A DNA stretch of 64,000 nucleotides from Pelagomonas calceolata (taxonomy: Eukaryota). The notes beneath the pieces were generated by a model. The model ran no database searches, was not told where the DNA came from, and saw only the letters and a list, made by a program, of their open reading frames with translations. Made by a program: the position numbers and the translations under genes. Shown here piece after piece: positions 29,058 through 39,529 of the stretch (positions are counted from its first letter, which is position 1; each line of letters begins with the position of its first letter). The stretch lies in contig CAKKNE010000004.1 of the NCBI GenBank assembly GCA_918797485.1, positions 3,968,001 through 4,032,000 on the forward strand, written 5' to 3'.

Positions 29058-29897
29058 TTATGACGGCGCTTCGTCGTCGTGATCAGCGACGTCGACGCCC
29101 GCGAGCGCGTCGTTCACGCGGAGCGGGTCCTCGTCGGCCTCGAGCAATGCCAGCGCCACGCGCGCCAAATTCCGCGCGTCGTCGGCGCCGCAGTGCAATC
29201 TACCTTCGAACTGGAGCTTGTGGTGGCGCAGCATCGCCAGCAAATTCGCCCGTCTCGAAGACCGAGGCTTCTTCCGGCCGTTCCTATCATCGGCATTCGC
29301 ACGTTTCGCCTTGAAGACTTTCTCGAGGTCCACCCACCGGTCCAAGTAGGCCCCGGGCTTGTACAAACCCTTCCTTCTACATTCCACGTCCAAAAAATGG
29401 TCGAGGTCCCAGCCATCGGTCGCGAACGCAAATTTTGTAAAGTCGTGCGTCGCGCCCCCGCCCTCCACCAAATCTTTGGAGCGCAGCCACGCATCTAACT
29501 CATGTAATACGGTATCGATGGGTTCCGCATCATCAACTAAAGCTTGGTCGATGCCCGTCAGACCCTTGCAGAAGTCCGTGAGGGTTGCGTTTTCTGTTGG
29601 TCTTACATAGCGATGGAAGGTATCGACGATCTGTTTCGTAGAAGTGTCCACCAATACGACCGGAAACTCGATGACCTCGTGCAAATAGGACCACGTGTTC
29701 TCTTCGCAGGTGCACTCAAAATCTAAAACGCCTATTACTTTTGGCGTAGGGTCTTGCGGTGGTGGTGGTGGTGGCGGCGCTCTGGGTCGCTGGCGCTGCT
29801 TGCTTCGTTGTCCTCCTCGGGACTTGACTCCCGCCAATCGGGCGCCTTTCGGGGTGAGTGCTGTGATTGCCGTCGCGGTGAGGAGGGCGAGGCGCAT
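29058..29897 (-). CDS. ERI1-like DEDDh 3'-5' exonuclease
   Basis: LDFECTC, EVIEFP, FHRYVRP...LTDFCKGLTGI, FATDGWD, FEGRLHCGADDARN. Confidence 0.9.
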   Translation of the reverse strand: MRLALLTATAITALTPKGARLAGVKSRGGQRSKQRQRPRAPPPPPPPQDPTPKVIGVLDFECTCEENTWSYLHEVIEFPVVLVDTSTKQIVDTFHRYVRPTENATLTDFCKGLTGIDQALVDDAEPIDTVLHELDAWLRSKDLVEGGGATHDFTKFAFATDGWDLDHFLDVECRRKGLYKPGAYLDRWVDLEKVFKAKRANADDRNGRKKPRSSRRANLLAMLRHHKLQFEGRLHCGADDARNLARVALALLEADEDPLRVNDALAGVDVADHDDEAPS

Positions 29898-30159
29898 GGT
29901 GTCTGACTTTGCACTCGTCGATCGATGCGCGAGCGCTTATATTGCAGGCTTGTCCTGTGAGTCTGCACTCGTCGATTCTGCGAGCGCTTGTGCAGCACTC
30001 GGTTGCAGTGGCGTGCTCTTTGAGCCCTCAAGCGCTGCGACCGCGTGTTCTTTCGCTTTGTAGCGCCTCTATACGACAAATTACTCGTCTCGGCCGAGTT
30101 CTGGCGCAGGTAATCACAGACCGCGCTGCTGTAGCGCTGCAAAGTCTGCACCTTGCTTG

Positions 30160-30179
30160 CTAGTGTCTTACACCGCTAG
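30160..30179 (+). promoter_or_regulatory. CTAG-bounded motif copy (CTAGTGTCTTACACCGCTAG)
   Basis: Upstream of the 29897(-) start. Confidence 0.7.
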
Positions 30180-30293
30180 CTCGCGCGTTCCTAGACGCGT
30201 GGGAGCCATGGAAGCCGCGCCCCGGGGACGGTACCCCCTCAAATGCACCGCGGCTGAACCCCCCGTGGCACCAGACAGTCACATTCTACTCAA

Positions 30294-30884
30294 TTAGTCC
30301 CCCTGCATCAGCGACGACGACGACGGCTTCGTCGCCTTTGCAAAGACGGGTGACCCAAGATCCAAATACACGTCGCCGTCCTTGACGTCCGCGCGCACCG
30401 CGAACTGCGTTCTTGCTTTATTCGTGGTCGGCGCGCCCCGCGCCAACCCACCGACCCAGCCGCTCACTCCCTTTCTTTCCACAACTCCTCCCGGCTCGCC
30501 ACTTACAAGATTGTACGTCTGGCCGCACAAACAACAGGCCACCGCGGGATCAGCCGCCGCGCTTCCGCGAAGGTCGCCCTTGTCGAGCTCCCAGCCGCAG
30601 CACCCGCAGTCCCGCTCCAGCACGAACAAGCGCTCGTTGAGCGTCGCGGCGCAAAATTGCACGGTGCCAGCTTCGCCCATTTCCAGCGACCAGCCCTTGA
30701 GCTTGCCGTTCTCCGGCGGCGTGATGCCGGGGACTTTTGTTAATGTGACCTTCCTCGCTTTATTCTTCTTCTTCTTGCCCTCGCTGAGGAGCCGCCGCTT
30801 CATGGTCATCGTTCGTCTGACGGTAAAGCCGTCGCAGACGAGGGCGGCGCCGCAGCATAGCAGTGCGGTGACGGCGGGTCGCAT
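30294..30884 (-). CDS. Rieske-fold-like protein, probably plastid-targeted
   Basis: Signal peptide followed by F; CGCC and CCLCGQTYNLVSGE at Rieske ligand-box-like positions; ends in V.DGDVYL. Confidence 0.6.
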   Translation of the reverse strand: MRPAVTALLCCGAALVCDGFTVRRTMTMKRRLLSEGKKKKNKARKVTLTKVPGITPPENGKLKGWSLEMGEAGTVQFCAATLNERLFVLERDCGCCGWELDKGDLRGSAAADPAVACCLCGQTYNLVSGEPGGVVERKGVSGWVGGLARGAPTTNKARTQFAVRADVKDGDVYLDLGSPVFAKATKPSSSSLMQGD

Positions 30885-31256
30885 CCTTGCGGGCGTGCTA
30901 TGTGCGGCGATGTCGCGTAGGCGGCGTGAGGGCTAGGTTGCAAGCCTGGGTGGCACTGCTGGCGCTCCGTCCCTGTGCCGGCGCTGCGCTTACTCTTCAG
31001 TCCAGGAGCTGTGTTTCGAGTCCTTACGACGTTCCCAACTCGGCAGCTCGTAGCTGCAGCGGTGCGGCGCGTATGCAGGACCAGCTCTCTGCAGCTGCAG
31101 AGCCAAAGCTTGCAACCAGGGCTAGGCAATCCTGCCCGCGTGCTACCTAAACCGCAACACAAACACACGTAGAACCGCTGAGCAGCAAACCGTGCAGCAC
31201 CAGCCACGGACAGAAGCGGCACGCGCGCGCAGCAGCAAAACCACCAAGCACCAGAT

Positions 31257-32993
31257 ATGCTGCTCCGCCTCGCGCGCCGCCGCTGCGTGCAAAGCCTACG
31301 CCAGGCCTCGACGGGACCGATCGCGGCCTACAACGCCCTCGTCGACGCCGGGAAGATCAAGCGCGACTCGCACCAGCTGAACGCGCTCGTGCCGCTGCAG
31401 CGGCTCCACGACGAAATTATAGAGACGGGCTACGCACCCTCACCGAGGCAAGCCAAGGCAGACAATGAAGAATCATCAAACGGCCTGATGACGAAGTTCG
31501 CCTCCTTCGCGCAGTCCATGGGCGTCGCAATAGGAGGCGATACAAACAGGCCGTCGGGCGCGGCGGGGCCCGTGGTCTCCACTTTTGGAAGCAGCTACGC
31601 CCAGGAGAAATTTGTAAAAAAAGAGGAATCGGAAGTCATCAAGGAGGCCCTCCAGTCAAAGGCACCCCAAGGCGTCTACGTCCATGGCGGAGTGGGAACG
31701 GGAAAAACTTTTTTGATGGACATGTTCTTCGACGAAATTTTTTGTAGCAAGCAGCGCGTGCACTTCCATGAATTTATGTTAGATGTCCATCGTCGTTTGC
31801 ATGAGCTGAAGGGGGCAAATGAACCTCTTAGACGAGTCGCGGACGACATCGTCGATAGGGGGTGGCTCGTGTGCTTTGATGAGTTCCAGGTCACGGACAT
31901 CGCTGATGCATTGGTCATGAAGCAGCTGTTTGAGGAGCTGTTCGCTGCGGGTGGCGTTGTTGTGGCTACTTCCAACAGAGCACCTTGTGATTTGTACGCT
32001 AATGGCATACAACGACAGTTATTCCTACCTTTCATACCCTTGTTGGAGGCGAGATGTATTGTGCATAGTATAGAGGACTCGAAGACCGATTACCGCTTGG
32101 CGATCGGCAACACGTCCGAGTCGGCGCATATCTATCTGCAGGAGGGCGATGACCAAGGTTGGAACGAGGCCCAGAGAAGACTCATCGGAAGGACGCCTCG
32201 AATCGTGAAAGTCGAGTTGAAAACGGCATCTGGGAGGTTGGTGAAAGCGCCCCGAGCGGACCTGAATGCAAGGGCCGCGTGGTTTTCCTTTGACGAGCTC
32301 TGTGGTGGCAACACGGGCGCCTCGGATTTTCTGTGCTTGGCCGGGGCTTTTGATGTCATCTTTCTTGATCAAGTCCCGACGCTGGACATGCGGGATTTAA
32401 ATAGAACAAGAAGATTTATTACATTAATTGACGCGTTGTACGAGGCGAACGTCATCGTCGTCATCCGAGCTGCTGCAGAACCATCTAGGTTGTTCGTGGC
32501 GGACAAGAATGCTGTACTAGATGAAGGGCATGGCGACCTCATCGGCGACGCGACGTATCTCCACAAGGGCGCGCGCGACGAGGCCTTTGCCTTTGATCGT
32601 ACCGCGTCTCGAATCATCGAAATGGGCTCGACGGCCTACTTACGACGAGCTCGAAATGCGCGGTCGAAACGCGTCGGCGACGTTTTACTCGCTGTGGACG
32701 ACGACGTCGACGTCGACGCTTTGTTTGCGGCAGCGGACGTCGACGGCTCGGGCAAGCTTGATGAACAGGAGTTCACGGCGCTGCTCGAGGAACTGTCGGA
32801 GAAGACGCGGGGCCACCGCAACGTGTCTCGCTTGGAATTTGAATTGGCGCGCGGGTCGCTGGATGCCAATAGGGACGGCTTGATTGATCTGAGTGAATTG
32901 CGTGAGGAATTTTATCACCGAAAGCTCAAGGACGCGTCGGACCGACTGTTTCTGGACCGGTCGGGGGAGCTCGTCGCCGGCGCGCCCGCCTGA
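31257..32993 (+). CDS. AFG1: AFG1/LACE1 (ZapE-like) mitochondrial ATPase with C-terminal EF-hand pair
   Basis: GVYVHGGVGTGKTFLMDMF, HFHEFM, CFDEFQVTDIADA, ATSNRAP, RRFITLIDALYE, FAFDRTASRIIEM; EF loops DVDGSGKLDEQE and DANRDGLIDLSE. Confidence 0.92.
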   Translation: MLLRLARRRCVQSLRQASTGPIAAYNALVDAGKIKRDSHQLNALVPLQRLHDEIIETGYAPSPRQAKADNEESSNGLMTKFASFAQSMGVAIGGDTNRPSGAAGPVVSTFGSSYAQEKFVKKEESEVIKEALQSKAPQGVYVHGGVGTGKTFLMDMFFDEIFCSKQRVHFHEFMLDVHRRLHELKGANEPLRRVADDIVDRGWLVCFDEFQVTDIADALVMKQLFEELFAAGGVVVATSNRAPCDLYANGIQRQLFLPFIPLLEARCIVHSIEDSKTDYRLAIGNTSESAHIYLQEGDDQGWNEAQRRLIGRTPRIVKVELKTASGRLVKAPRADLNARAAWFSFDELCGGNTGASDFLCLAGAFDVIFLDQVPTLDMRDLNRTRRFITLIDALYEANVIVVIRAAAEPSRLFVADKNAVLDEGHGDLIGDATYLHKGARDEAFAFDRTASRIIEMGSTAYLRRARNARSKRVGDVLLAVDDDVDVDALFAAADVDGSGKLDEQEFTALLEELSEKTRGHRNVSRLEFELARGSLDANRDGLIDLSELREEFYHRKLKDASDRLFLDRSGELVAGAPA

Positions 32994-33081
32994 CGCCGTC
33001 GACGCGGCCTCTCACCACATCGCCCGTCGCCCGGCGCCTATTGTTCAAGTTGTGTTGTGCGCAAGTCTAAGACTTAGTTTT

Positions 33082-34200
33082 TCACCCTACAAGCGCGCAG
33101 AGCAGCGGCTCCTGGAATAGCGAGGGAGAGAAGTGCTCCCTCAACGAAGCAGCAACCATTGCAGAATAGCCCTTGTCCGGCGGCGCCGCCGCACTCCCGT
33201 CGGGCGCGAACGTATCTGACACGTTCGCCAGCAGCGCACAGGTCCCGGCGTCGCACCGCGCGACCTCCCAGCTCTTGTGCATGGCCGCGACCCAGTCCTC
33301 GGACCCCGGTTCGGCCCCGGACAATTCCGCGGCCGCCGCGCGCTCGTCGTGGTTTATGCCAATTTCATCGTCGAGGCCCCCATCAGACGCGAAGAAGACC
33401 ACATTGGTCGCTCCTGGTTCACTCAAAGGAGAGTCCCTATAAGCTCGGACCCGCGGAAAGACGGCACCTAGCCGTTGCGTGGCCACCTTCAGGTACTGCC
33501 TCGACCGTTGATCGGCCAGCGAACCCAGAACAATTGTGAACACCAGCAAGCCCTGCTGCGGCGTTAAAGCTTTCTTTGAAGCGCTGAGAGCAGATTTGCC
33601 AAGGAAGCGCCACGTCGCACTACCCCACGGATCCCCTGCATCGATCACGTCGATGTTCAATAAATCATAGGGCGGGCCCCTTTTGCGTCGCACGTCGTCG
33701 GCGCGCTTTCTTATGAATCTCAAACCTTCCTCCACTAGCGTGGTGCCTCGTGTGACCCCAAAATGCGTCTCTGCTAGTTTAGCTACTCTGCCATCGATTT
33801 CTACAGCATGGACACTGAGAGAGGTATTGCGCCAGTATTGTGCTACGGAACCACCACCCAAGCCCACGACTAACGCATTCCTAGCTTTATCTCTGAGAGA
33901 AGAAGCTGTTCTTTGGACGACCCAGCCCCGAAAGACCGCCTGCTCGGGCGCGCCTATGCGCTGGACGCCAATGACACCACCATTGTTCACGAGGTACCGC
34001 AGATCGCCCTCTTCCACGACTCGAGGTGCGCCGCACGACCTTGTTGTGGAAAAGAGCGTCGCCGCGCCCGCTATTATTGCTGCCGCTAGTATGGACTTGA
34101 GCGGTAGTCCTGATGGTGGTGGGGCGTCGTCTTTCGTTTCTGTTGTCTGTTTGTTCTTGCTTTTGCTCTTGCCGCCCTTTTTCTTTTGTTTTTGTGGCAT
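33082..34200 (-). CDS. Spermidine-synthase-like SAM-dependent methyltransferase with N-terminal TM
   Basis: LVVGLGGGS, AVEIDGRV..LA..HFG, EEGLRFI, YDLLNID. Confidence 0.75.
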   Translation of the reverse strand: MPQKQKKKGGKSKSKNKQTTETKDDAPPPSGLPLKSILAAAIIAGAATLFSTTRSCGAPRVVEEGDLRYLVNNGGVIGVQRIGAPEQAVFRGWVVQRTASSLRDKARNALVVGLGGGSVAQYWRNTSLSVHAVEIDGRVAKLAETHFGVTRGTTLVEEGLRFIRKRADDVRRKRGPPYDLLNIDVIDAGDPWGSATWRFLGKSALSASKKALTPQQGLLVFTIVLGSLADQRSRQYLKVATQRLGAVFPRVRAYRDSPLSEPGATNVVFFASDGGLDDEIGINHDERAAAAELSGAEPGSEDWVAAMHKSWEVARCDAGTCALLANVSDTFAPDGSAAAPPDKGYSAMVAASLREHFSPSLFQEPLLCALVG

Positions 34201-34376
34201 CGCTCTGCGCGCTAGCTGCACTCGACACCCTGTTGCAGCCGGCAAGCTCTGCCCCGACGACAGATTTCGTCCAGCGGTTGCGGCACTGATCGAGCGCCTT
34301 TTTATGTTGTCTCACCGTGCGCAAATGCTGCAGCGGTGGCGTTGTGGTCGTTTTTTGCTCCGGCCCTCCCCGTGAG

Positions 34377-34398
34377 CTAGCGGCCTGTAAGACACTAG
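34377..34398 (-). promoter_or_regulatory. CTAG-bounded motif copy (CTAGTGTCTTACAGGCCGCTAG)
   Basis: Between divergent starts 34200(-) and 34738(+); identical to 55275-55296. Confidence 0.7.
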
Positions 34399-34737
34399 CA
34401 ACAAGCCGCGTCGATCATTCGGGTTTTAAACCGGAACAAGGCCTCGGGACACGTGCAACACGAGTCCTACGGAGCAAATCAGGCGTCCATCGCCCAGCGT
34501 CAATAACTCTTGATTTTGCTGACTGGAGTTTCATTGCGCTCGCCACCCACGCGCCGCCGCCGCCCGGGAGAACGAACACTCCCGCCCGCGTTGTGGCTTA
34601 TAGCCGGAGACGAGACCTCTCGTCGCGGGGCGCCGCTCAAGTATATCTGCTGTCAAAGGAAGGCCGATTAAAAGCTAGCGCGGACGGTCCGGGCTCGCCA
34701 CCGCCCCAGGACTCGTCAGTAGTTGCTCCTCGTCGAA

Positions 34738-35261
34738 ATGAAACGGGAGAACTCGAATCTCTGCTGCGAAACAACCTTGGCCGCTCGGCCGGGTCAACCC
34801 GCGGCGCCAAAAAAGTAAACTCACCCTTTAATGGCCACGCCATCGCCGCGACATCTCCCTGAAAAATCCAGAGAGAGACGTACGCTTCAAGCGCCACGCC
34901 ACCGACGCGCGCAGGCCAACTCGCCGCGCTCGAGCGCTGGCTCGAGCTCAACAGCGGAAGCTTCCGCCAGTGGCCGGGCCTCGTGGACGTCGCCTGGACA
35001 AGAATAGCGGGCCGCGACTCCGTCTGCCTCAAGCTCACGTACGAGTCGCACGTCGCGCTCGAGCAGAACTACGACCGCTGGGTCGCGGCGGCCGAGATGA
35101 TGGAGCGGAGCTTCCTGTCGCGCGCGCCGAGCGAGCCGTCGGTGAGCGCCCAGAACTCGCCGACGCCGTCCCCCAAATCGGCGGCGCCGGTCGGGGCCCC
35201 GTCGGCGGCCGACCAGCTCAACATGGAGTCGCCGAGCGCCGCGTACCGGACGCTGGTCTGA
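34738..35261 (+). CDS. Small hypothetical protein, 133 aa; exons 34738-34792 and 34915-35261
   Basis: GT(34793)..AG(34914) splice gives a continuous frame; intron start GTCAACCC resembles exon 2 start GCCAACTC (decayed TSD); exon 2 has coding GC3 bias. Confidence 0.5.
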
Positions 35262-35635
35262 CACGTCGCGCGGAGCTCCCATTCCCACGCCCTGTGCAGA
35301 GGCTTCTGTTGTCTACCCTTTTGTGGTGGTCCCCGTTGGCACCCCCCGCCGCCGACGTAATTATTTATATCGATTTGCTGAGGCCCGCGCCGATGGCGTA
35401 TGGGCCTGCCGCAGGGTCCGGGCGGCTCAGTCCGGGGCGGTGGTCGTCTTTATGAGGACACGCTGAATGACGCGGTGGTGGCGTAGACCTCCGCGGCGGG
35501 CGACGGCGCGGTGGTACGCCATCGCCGCGACAACATGCCCCGGTACCACTCTAGATAGAATGGACAGACGATCATTATGTCAGCGAGGCGATGGGGGGTA
35601 TGTCAATAATGCAAGTGTCAACAGAGAAGGATCAA

Positions 35636-36454
35636 TCAGACGTCGAGCGTGTCGTCCGTGTCCGACGCCGGCTCCTGGCCGCGCAGTATCTCCTGGACGC
35701 GCTCGTGCGTGAGCCCGAGCTCCTGCATCGCGTCCGGGTTCTCCACGAGCAGCTCGAGCAGCTGGCGGTGGCTCGGCGACAGGCGCATCCTGCCGCCGCC
35801 CTCGTCGTCACTATCGGAATAGTATTCCGAGTCGTCGTCGTCTTCGGTCACCGGCGGCGGCGGCGCGCTACATACGGGCAGCTCCTCGACGTCGGCCATT
35901 GTTAATTGAGGCGCATTTAACATGTCCGGCACGGGCTCGCGCCACAGCTTTCGTAGCAAACACCGCGCGACCGGGAAGACGCTCAAATTCGCCCTTCCGT
36001 CCGGCAGCAACTGGACGTTTCTAGCTTCGCAGACCCAGCTGAATTGCGGGCTTCGGGGGTGGACTAAAGGAGCGTTCGTGCAGAACACGAACAGGCCGCC
36101 GTGGTCCTCGGCCGCGATCCGAATCAACCACTTGTAGCGCGGCTCGAAGAAGTGGAGGTCCGTCCTTCTCCCTACCTCGAGGTAGGCCGACATGGCGAAG
36201 ATGGGCACTCGTTTGCGTAGTATTTCCCTCTCCCTCAACGCATAGTGCGCGCGCCAGTCGTTTCCCGCCTCCGTCCGCCACTCGTTCAGCTGCCTTCTAC
36301 CTCTCCACCTTCGTTGACACACGGGCTCCCACACCGAACCGCGGCCGGCGACTTCGCGCGTGCGCCGCCCGCACGTCCTCAAAACATCGAGCTCGCGCGC
36401 GTCGAGGAAGCCGCACGTGTGGGCGAGCGGATCATCACCTAGGATCGCGGCCAT
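35636..36454 (-). CDS. F-box-like + LON substrate-binding (PUA-like) domain protein; start uncertain
   Basis: CGFLDAREL...WEPVCQRRW F-box-like segment; LHFFEPRYKWLI and LLPDGRA LON N-domain motifs. Confidence 0.7.
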   Translation of the reverse strand: MAAILGDDPLAHTCGFLDARELDVLRTCGRRTREVAGRGSVWEPVCQRRWRGRRQLNEWRTEAGNDWRAHYALREREILRKRVPIFAMSAYLEVGRRTDLHFFEPRYKWLIRIAAEDHGGLFVFCTNAPLVHPRSPQFSWVCEARNVQLLPDGRANLSVFPVARCLLRKLWREPVPDMLNAPQLTMADVEELPVCSAPPPPVTEDDDDSEYYSDSDDEGGGRMRLSPSHRQLLELLVENPDAMQELGLTHERVQEILRGQEPASDTDDTLDV

Positions 36455-37125
36455 GCCCGTCTCGGCTTGCGCGGCGGTCGGCTCCTGGTCGTTTTGCGGC
36501 TCCTTTGTTTTGAGGCGGAGTTTGGAGAACGCCTGTTTCAGCAGCTTGGATGCCAGCTTTTTTTTACACGCGCTCTCTTCGCGTGCGTCTTTTGGTGCAG
36601 CGCTGGTTGCCTCTGCGCGGTACCAGGTATCGTCCGCGGTGTTACGCTGCGTTTTATGCAACGTGAGTGAGCGACGAAGCTATACACGAGCTATTGGGAT
36701 GTGATGCGAGGCATGCCGCGGGCTGACAGGACACGAATTTGGAAAATCACCATACTACGCATCATTGGTCCGCTCTACTGCCACGGCTCGCTCAACGAAA
36801 AAGAAAGGTCGCTGCGTACGTGAAGCCGCTTGTGTCTCGCCGCGCGCGGTCCGTCGCGTGTGCACTCTCCGGCGTTCAGTCGGCCGAGTGGCGTGAACAG
36901 GGACACAAGACGACATCTCGGAACCCGCAGGAACACCACTGGTCCGCGGCAGACGACTCGGATTCAGCCTGTCAAAACAGGTTTTTGCTTTTCACCGATT
37001 TGGAGGCGCAGACGAGGCAGCTGACTGCCTATCCACCGCCACGCATCGCCGTCGAGGCCTGCGAACGCTGCGTGACGATACTTCCATCGCTGCGGCGCCA
37101 GCAGACGAAACCGCAGCATCTCCAG

Positions 37126-37282
37126 CCCAACTCTAGTCCCACAGCGAGGCCCTTTGCTGGCGCTAAACGCCGTCGACGCACCCAACTCTAGTCCCACAGC
37201 GATTGCTGGCGCTAAACGTCGACGCACCCAACTCTAGTCCCACAGCGAGGCACTGTTGCTGGCGCTAAACGCCGTCGACGCA
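37126..37282 (+). repeat. Three tandem 46-56 bp units directly upstream of the eEFSec ATG
   Basis: Unit CCCAACTCTAGTCCCACAGCGA..TTGCTGGCGCTAAACG(CCG)TCGACGCA at 37126, 37181 and 37227. Confidence 0.95.
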
Positions 37283-37284
37283 CC

Positions 37285-39370
37285 ATGGGCAAGAAAGAAA
37301 AGGAAGCGGACAATGAACCACCTCCATTGAATCTAAATATCGGCGTCATGGGCCACGTCGACAGCGGCAAGACGTCGTTGGTCAAAGCGCTCTCGACGAC
37401 GCTGTCGACGGCATCCTTGGATCGGGCCCCGCAAAGTCAAGCAAGGGGCATCACCCTCGACTTAGGCTTCTCAAGTTTCAGAGCACCGCTCCCAGAACAC
37501 CTAGAAGGTGATGGCGATTTACAGTTCACCTTGGTGGACTGCCCGGGCCACGCGTCACTGATACGAACCATAATTGGCGGCGCCCAGATCATCGATGCGA
37601 TGGTTTTGGTGGTGGACATCATCAAGGGCGTGCAGCCCCAGACCGCCGAGTGTCTCGTGATTGGCGAGATCACGACACATGACCTGATAATAGCCCTGAA
37701 CAAGGTGGACCAGATCTCAGAAGAGGAGCGACCAGCTGCTATTGAGACGGCGACGAAGAAGTTGAGGAGGCAATTACAATCGTCAAAGTTCCGGGACGCG
37801 CCCGTCGTCGCGTGTGCGGCCTGCGTCGGCGGCGAAAAGGTCGCGGCGGTCGGTCGGAGCGAGCTCAAGAGCGAGTCCATCGGGCTGGATGAGCTTGTTG
37901 CTACATTACGGAAAAGGGCGAGGGTGCCGAAGAGGGATACGGACGGCCCGTTCTTCTTCGCTATTGATCATTGTTTTCCGATCCGCGGCCAGGGGACGGT
38001 GGTGACGGGCACGGCGCTGCGGGGCCAGTGCAGGGTCGGCGACAGCGTGGAACTCCCCGCGTTGGGATTGGAAAAGAAGGTCAAGTCCATGCAGATGTTC
38101 CGGCGGCCGGCCAAGGCCATAAGATGTGGCGATAGAGCTGGCCTATGTCTCGCGCAGCTCGACGCCGCGGCGATAGAACGAGGCGTCGTCGCCGCGCCGG
38201 GAAGCGTCCCGGGTCTGACGGCGGTCTTAGCTCTCGTGCGGAAGGTGAGGTTCTTCCGGGGAAGGACGGATACGGAACGGACCTTCCACGTCACGCTGGG
38301 CCACACGACGACCGTCGCGACGGCCTATTTCTTCGGGGCCGCTGAGTTAAACGATACGGCCGTCCCGAAATTCGACTCAGAGCGAGAATACGTCTACCAA
38401 GAAAAACTAGAAGATAGGTTGCAGTGGTGCTTGTTGAAATTTGAAGCTAAAGTAAGGTGTCAATTAGATGCGTTGGTCATCGGGTCCCACTTGGAAAGCG
38501 ACGCGGCCATGGCCGACGCGTGTCGGATCGCGTTCCACGGTCGACTCGTGGAACGGGCCGAGGGCGACGCTATTGGGGAGAAGATTCGACTCTATAAGCT
38601 GAAAAGAAAAGTAGGGTTGGTGGCGAAGCTCGGGGACCCCTGTGTGAGTACAAATGGGGACATGGGTGTTAGAGATGTCGTCGGCAAGGACTTATTTGCA
38701 AGGGAGACGAACATGGCGCAGTTCGTCGGGTGTAGTACAGTGTCTTGTGTCTCTTCGCGTCGATGGCGTCTTCATGAGACGACGTCGCCTCGACGCCGTC
38801 GACGCGCCACATTGATCACCACGCAGGCTCCGGATCCAGGCCGAGACGGGCGAGGTCGGCAAGCTGTCCTCGGCCTTTGGCAAAGGGGGCAAGTTCCGCG
38901 TGCAGTTCGAGGGCCCGACGGACGTGCAGCCCGGCGGTAGACTATATTTAGTATACAAGAAGTACGCCTTTTCGTCGTCGAAGGCGCTGCACCAGGACGA
39001 CGACTGCGTTGTTCCTGCTGATGAATTAGTAACGCCAGGCAAACCTCCGAAGAAGAAAGTTGTCGAACCGCCGCCGCCGCCACCGTCGTCCCCGAAGAAG
39101 ACGGAAGATGTGCGCGAGGGCCTCGTCGAGCGCCTCAAGGGCGACCCCCTCGACAGCGGTCGGTACCGGACGGTCATCGTCGAGGGCCTCTTCACGGCCG
39201 AAGAGGACCAGAAGCAGTTTGTTGGTAGGGTCGTGACGTTCGCGAACGGCGACGAGGGCGTATTAGCGGGGCCTTTTGGGAAAGCGGGCAAGTCGAAAGT
39301 GGATGTGGAAGGGGCGGGGACGGATGCCGCGGTGGGTGCATCGGTGACGCTGCGGCTGCCGGCGCGGTGA
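37285..39370 (+). CDS. EEFSEC: Selenocysteine-specific elongation factor eEFSec/SelB, 662 aa; exons 37285-38729 and 38827-39370
   Basis: GHVDSGKT, RGITLDLGFS, LVDCPGHASLIRTIIGGAQIID, IDHCFPIRGQGTV, CRIAFHG; GT-AG intron 38730-38826. Confidence 0.93.
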
Positions 39371-39509
39371 GGTATTTATTTGGTTTAAATGTTTTAGTTT
39401 TAACTCTGTTGCCTCGTCGATGGCGTCAACTAGTCACTTCGATGGGCGCGGGGTGCTCAGGCTCAGGCTAGTTACGTCGCAGGGTTCCCCGTACCCCTCC
39501 CGCTCCGTC

Positions 39510-39529
39510 CTAGTGTGTCGATACGCTAG
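39510..39529 (+). promoter_or_regulatory. Variant CTAG-bounded motif (CTAGTGTGTCGATACGCTAG)
   Basis: At the left edge of an apparently gene-free, lower-GC interval. Confidence 0.45.

Noticed and set aside
37126..37282. CRISPR-like array
   Set aside because: Units are contiguous tandem copies without unique spacers; eukaryotic context and no cas genes
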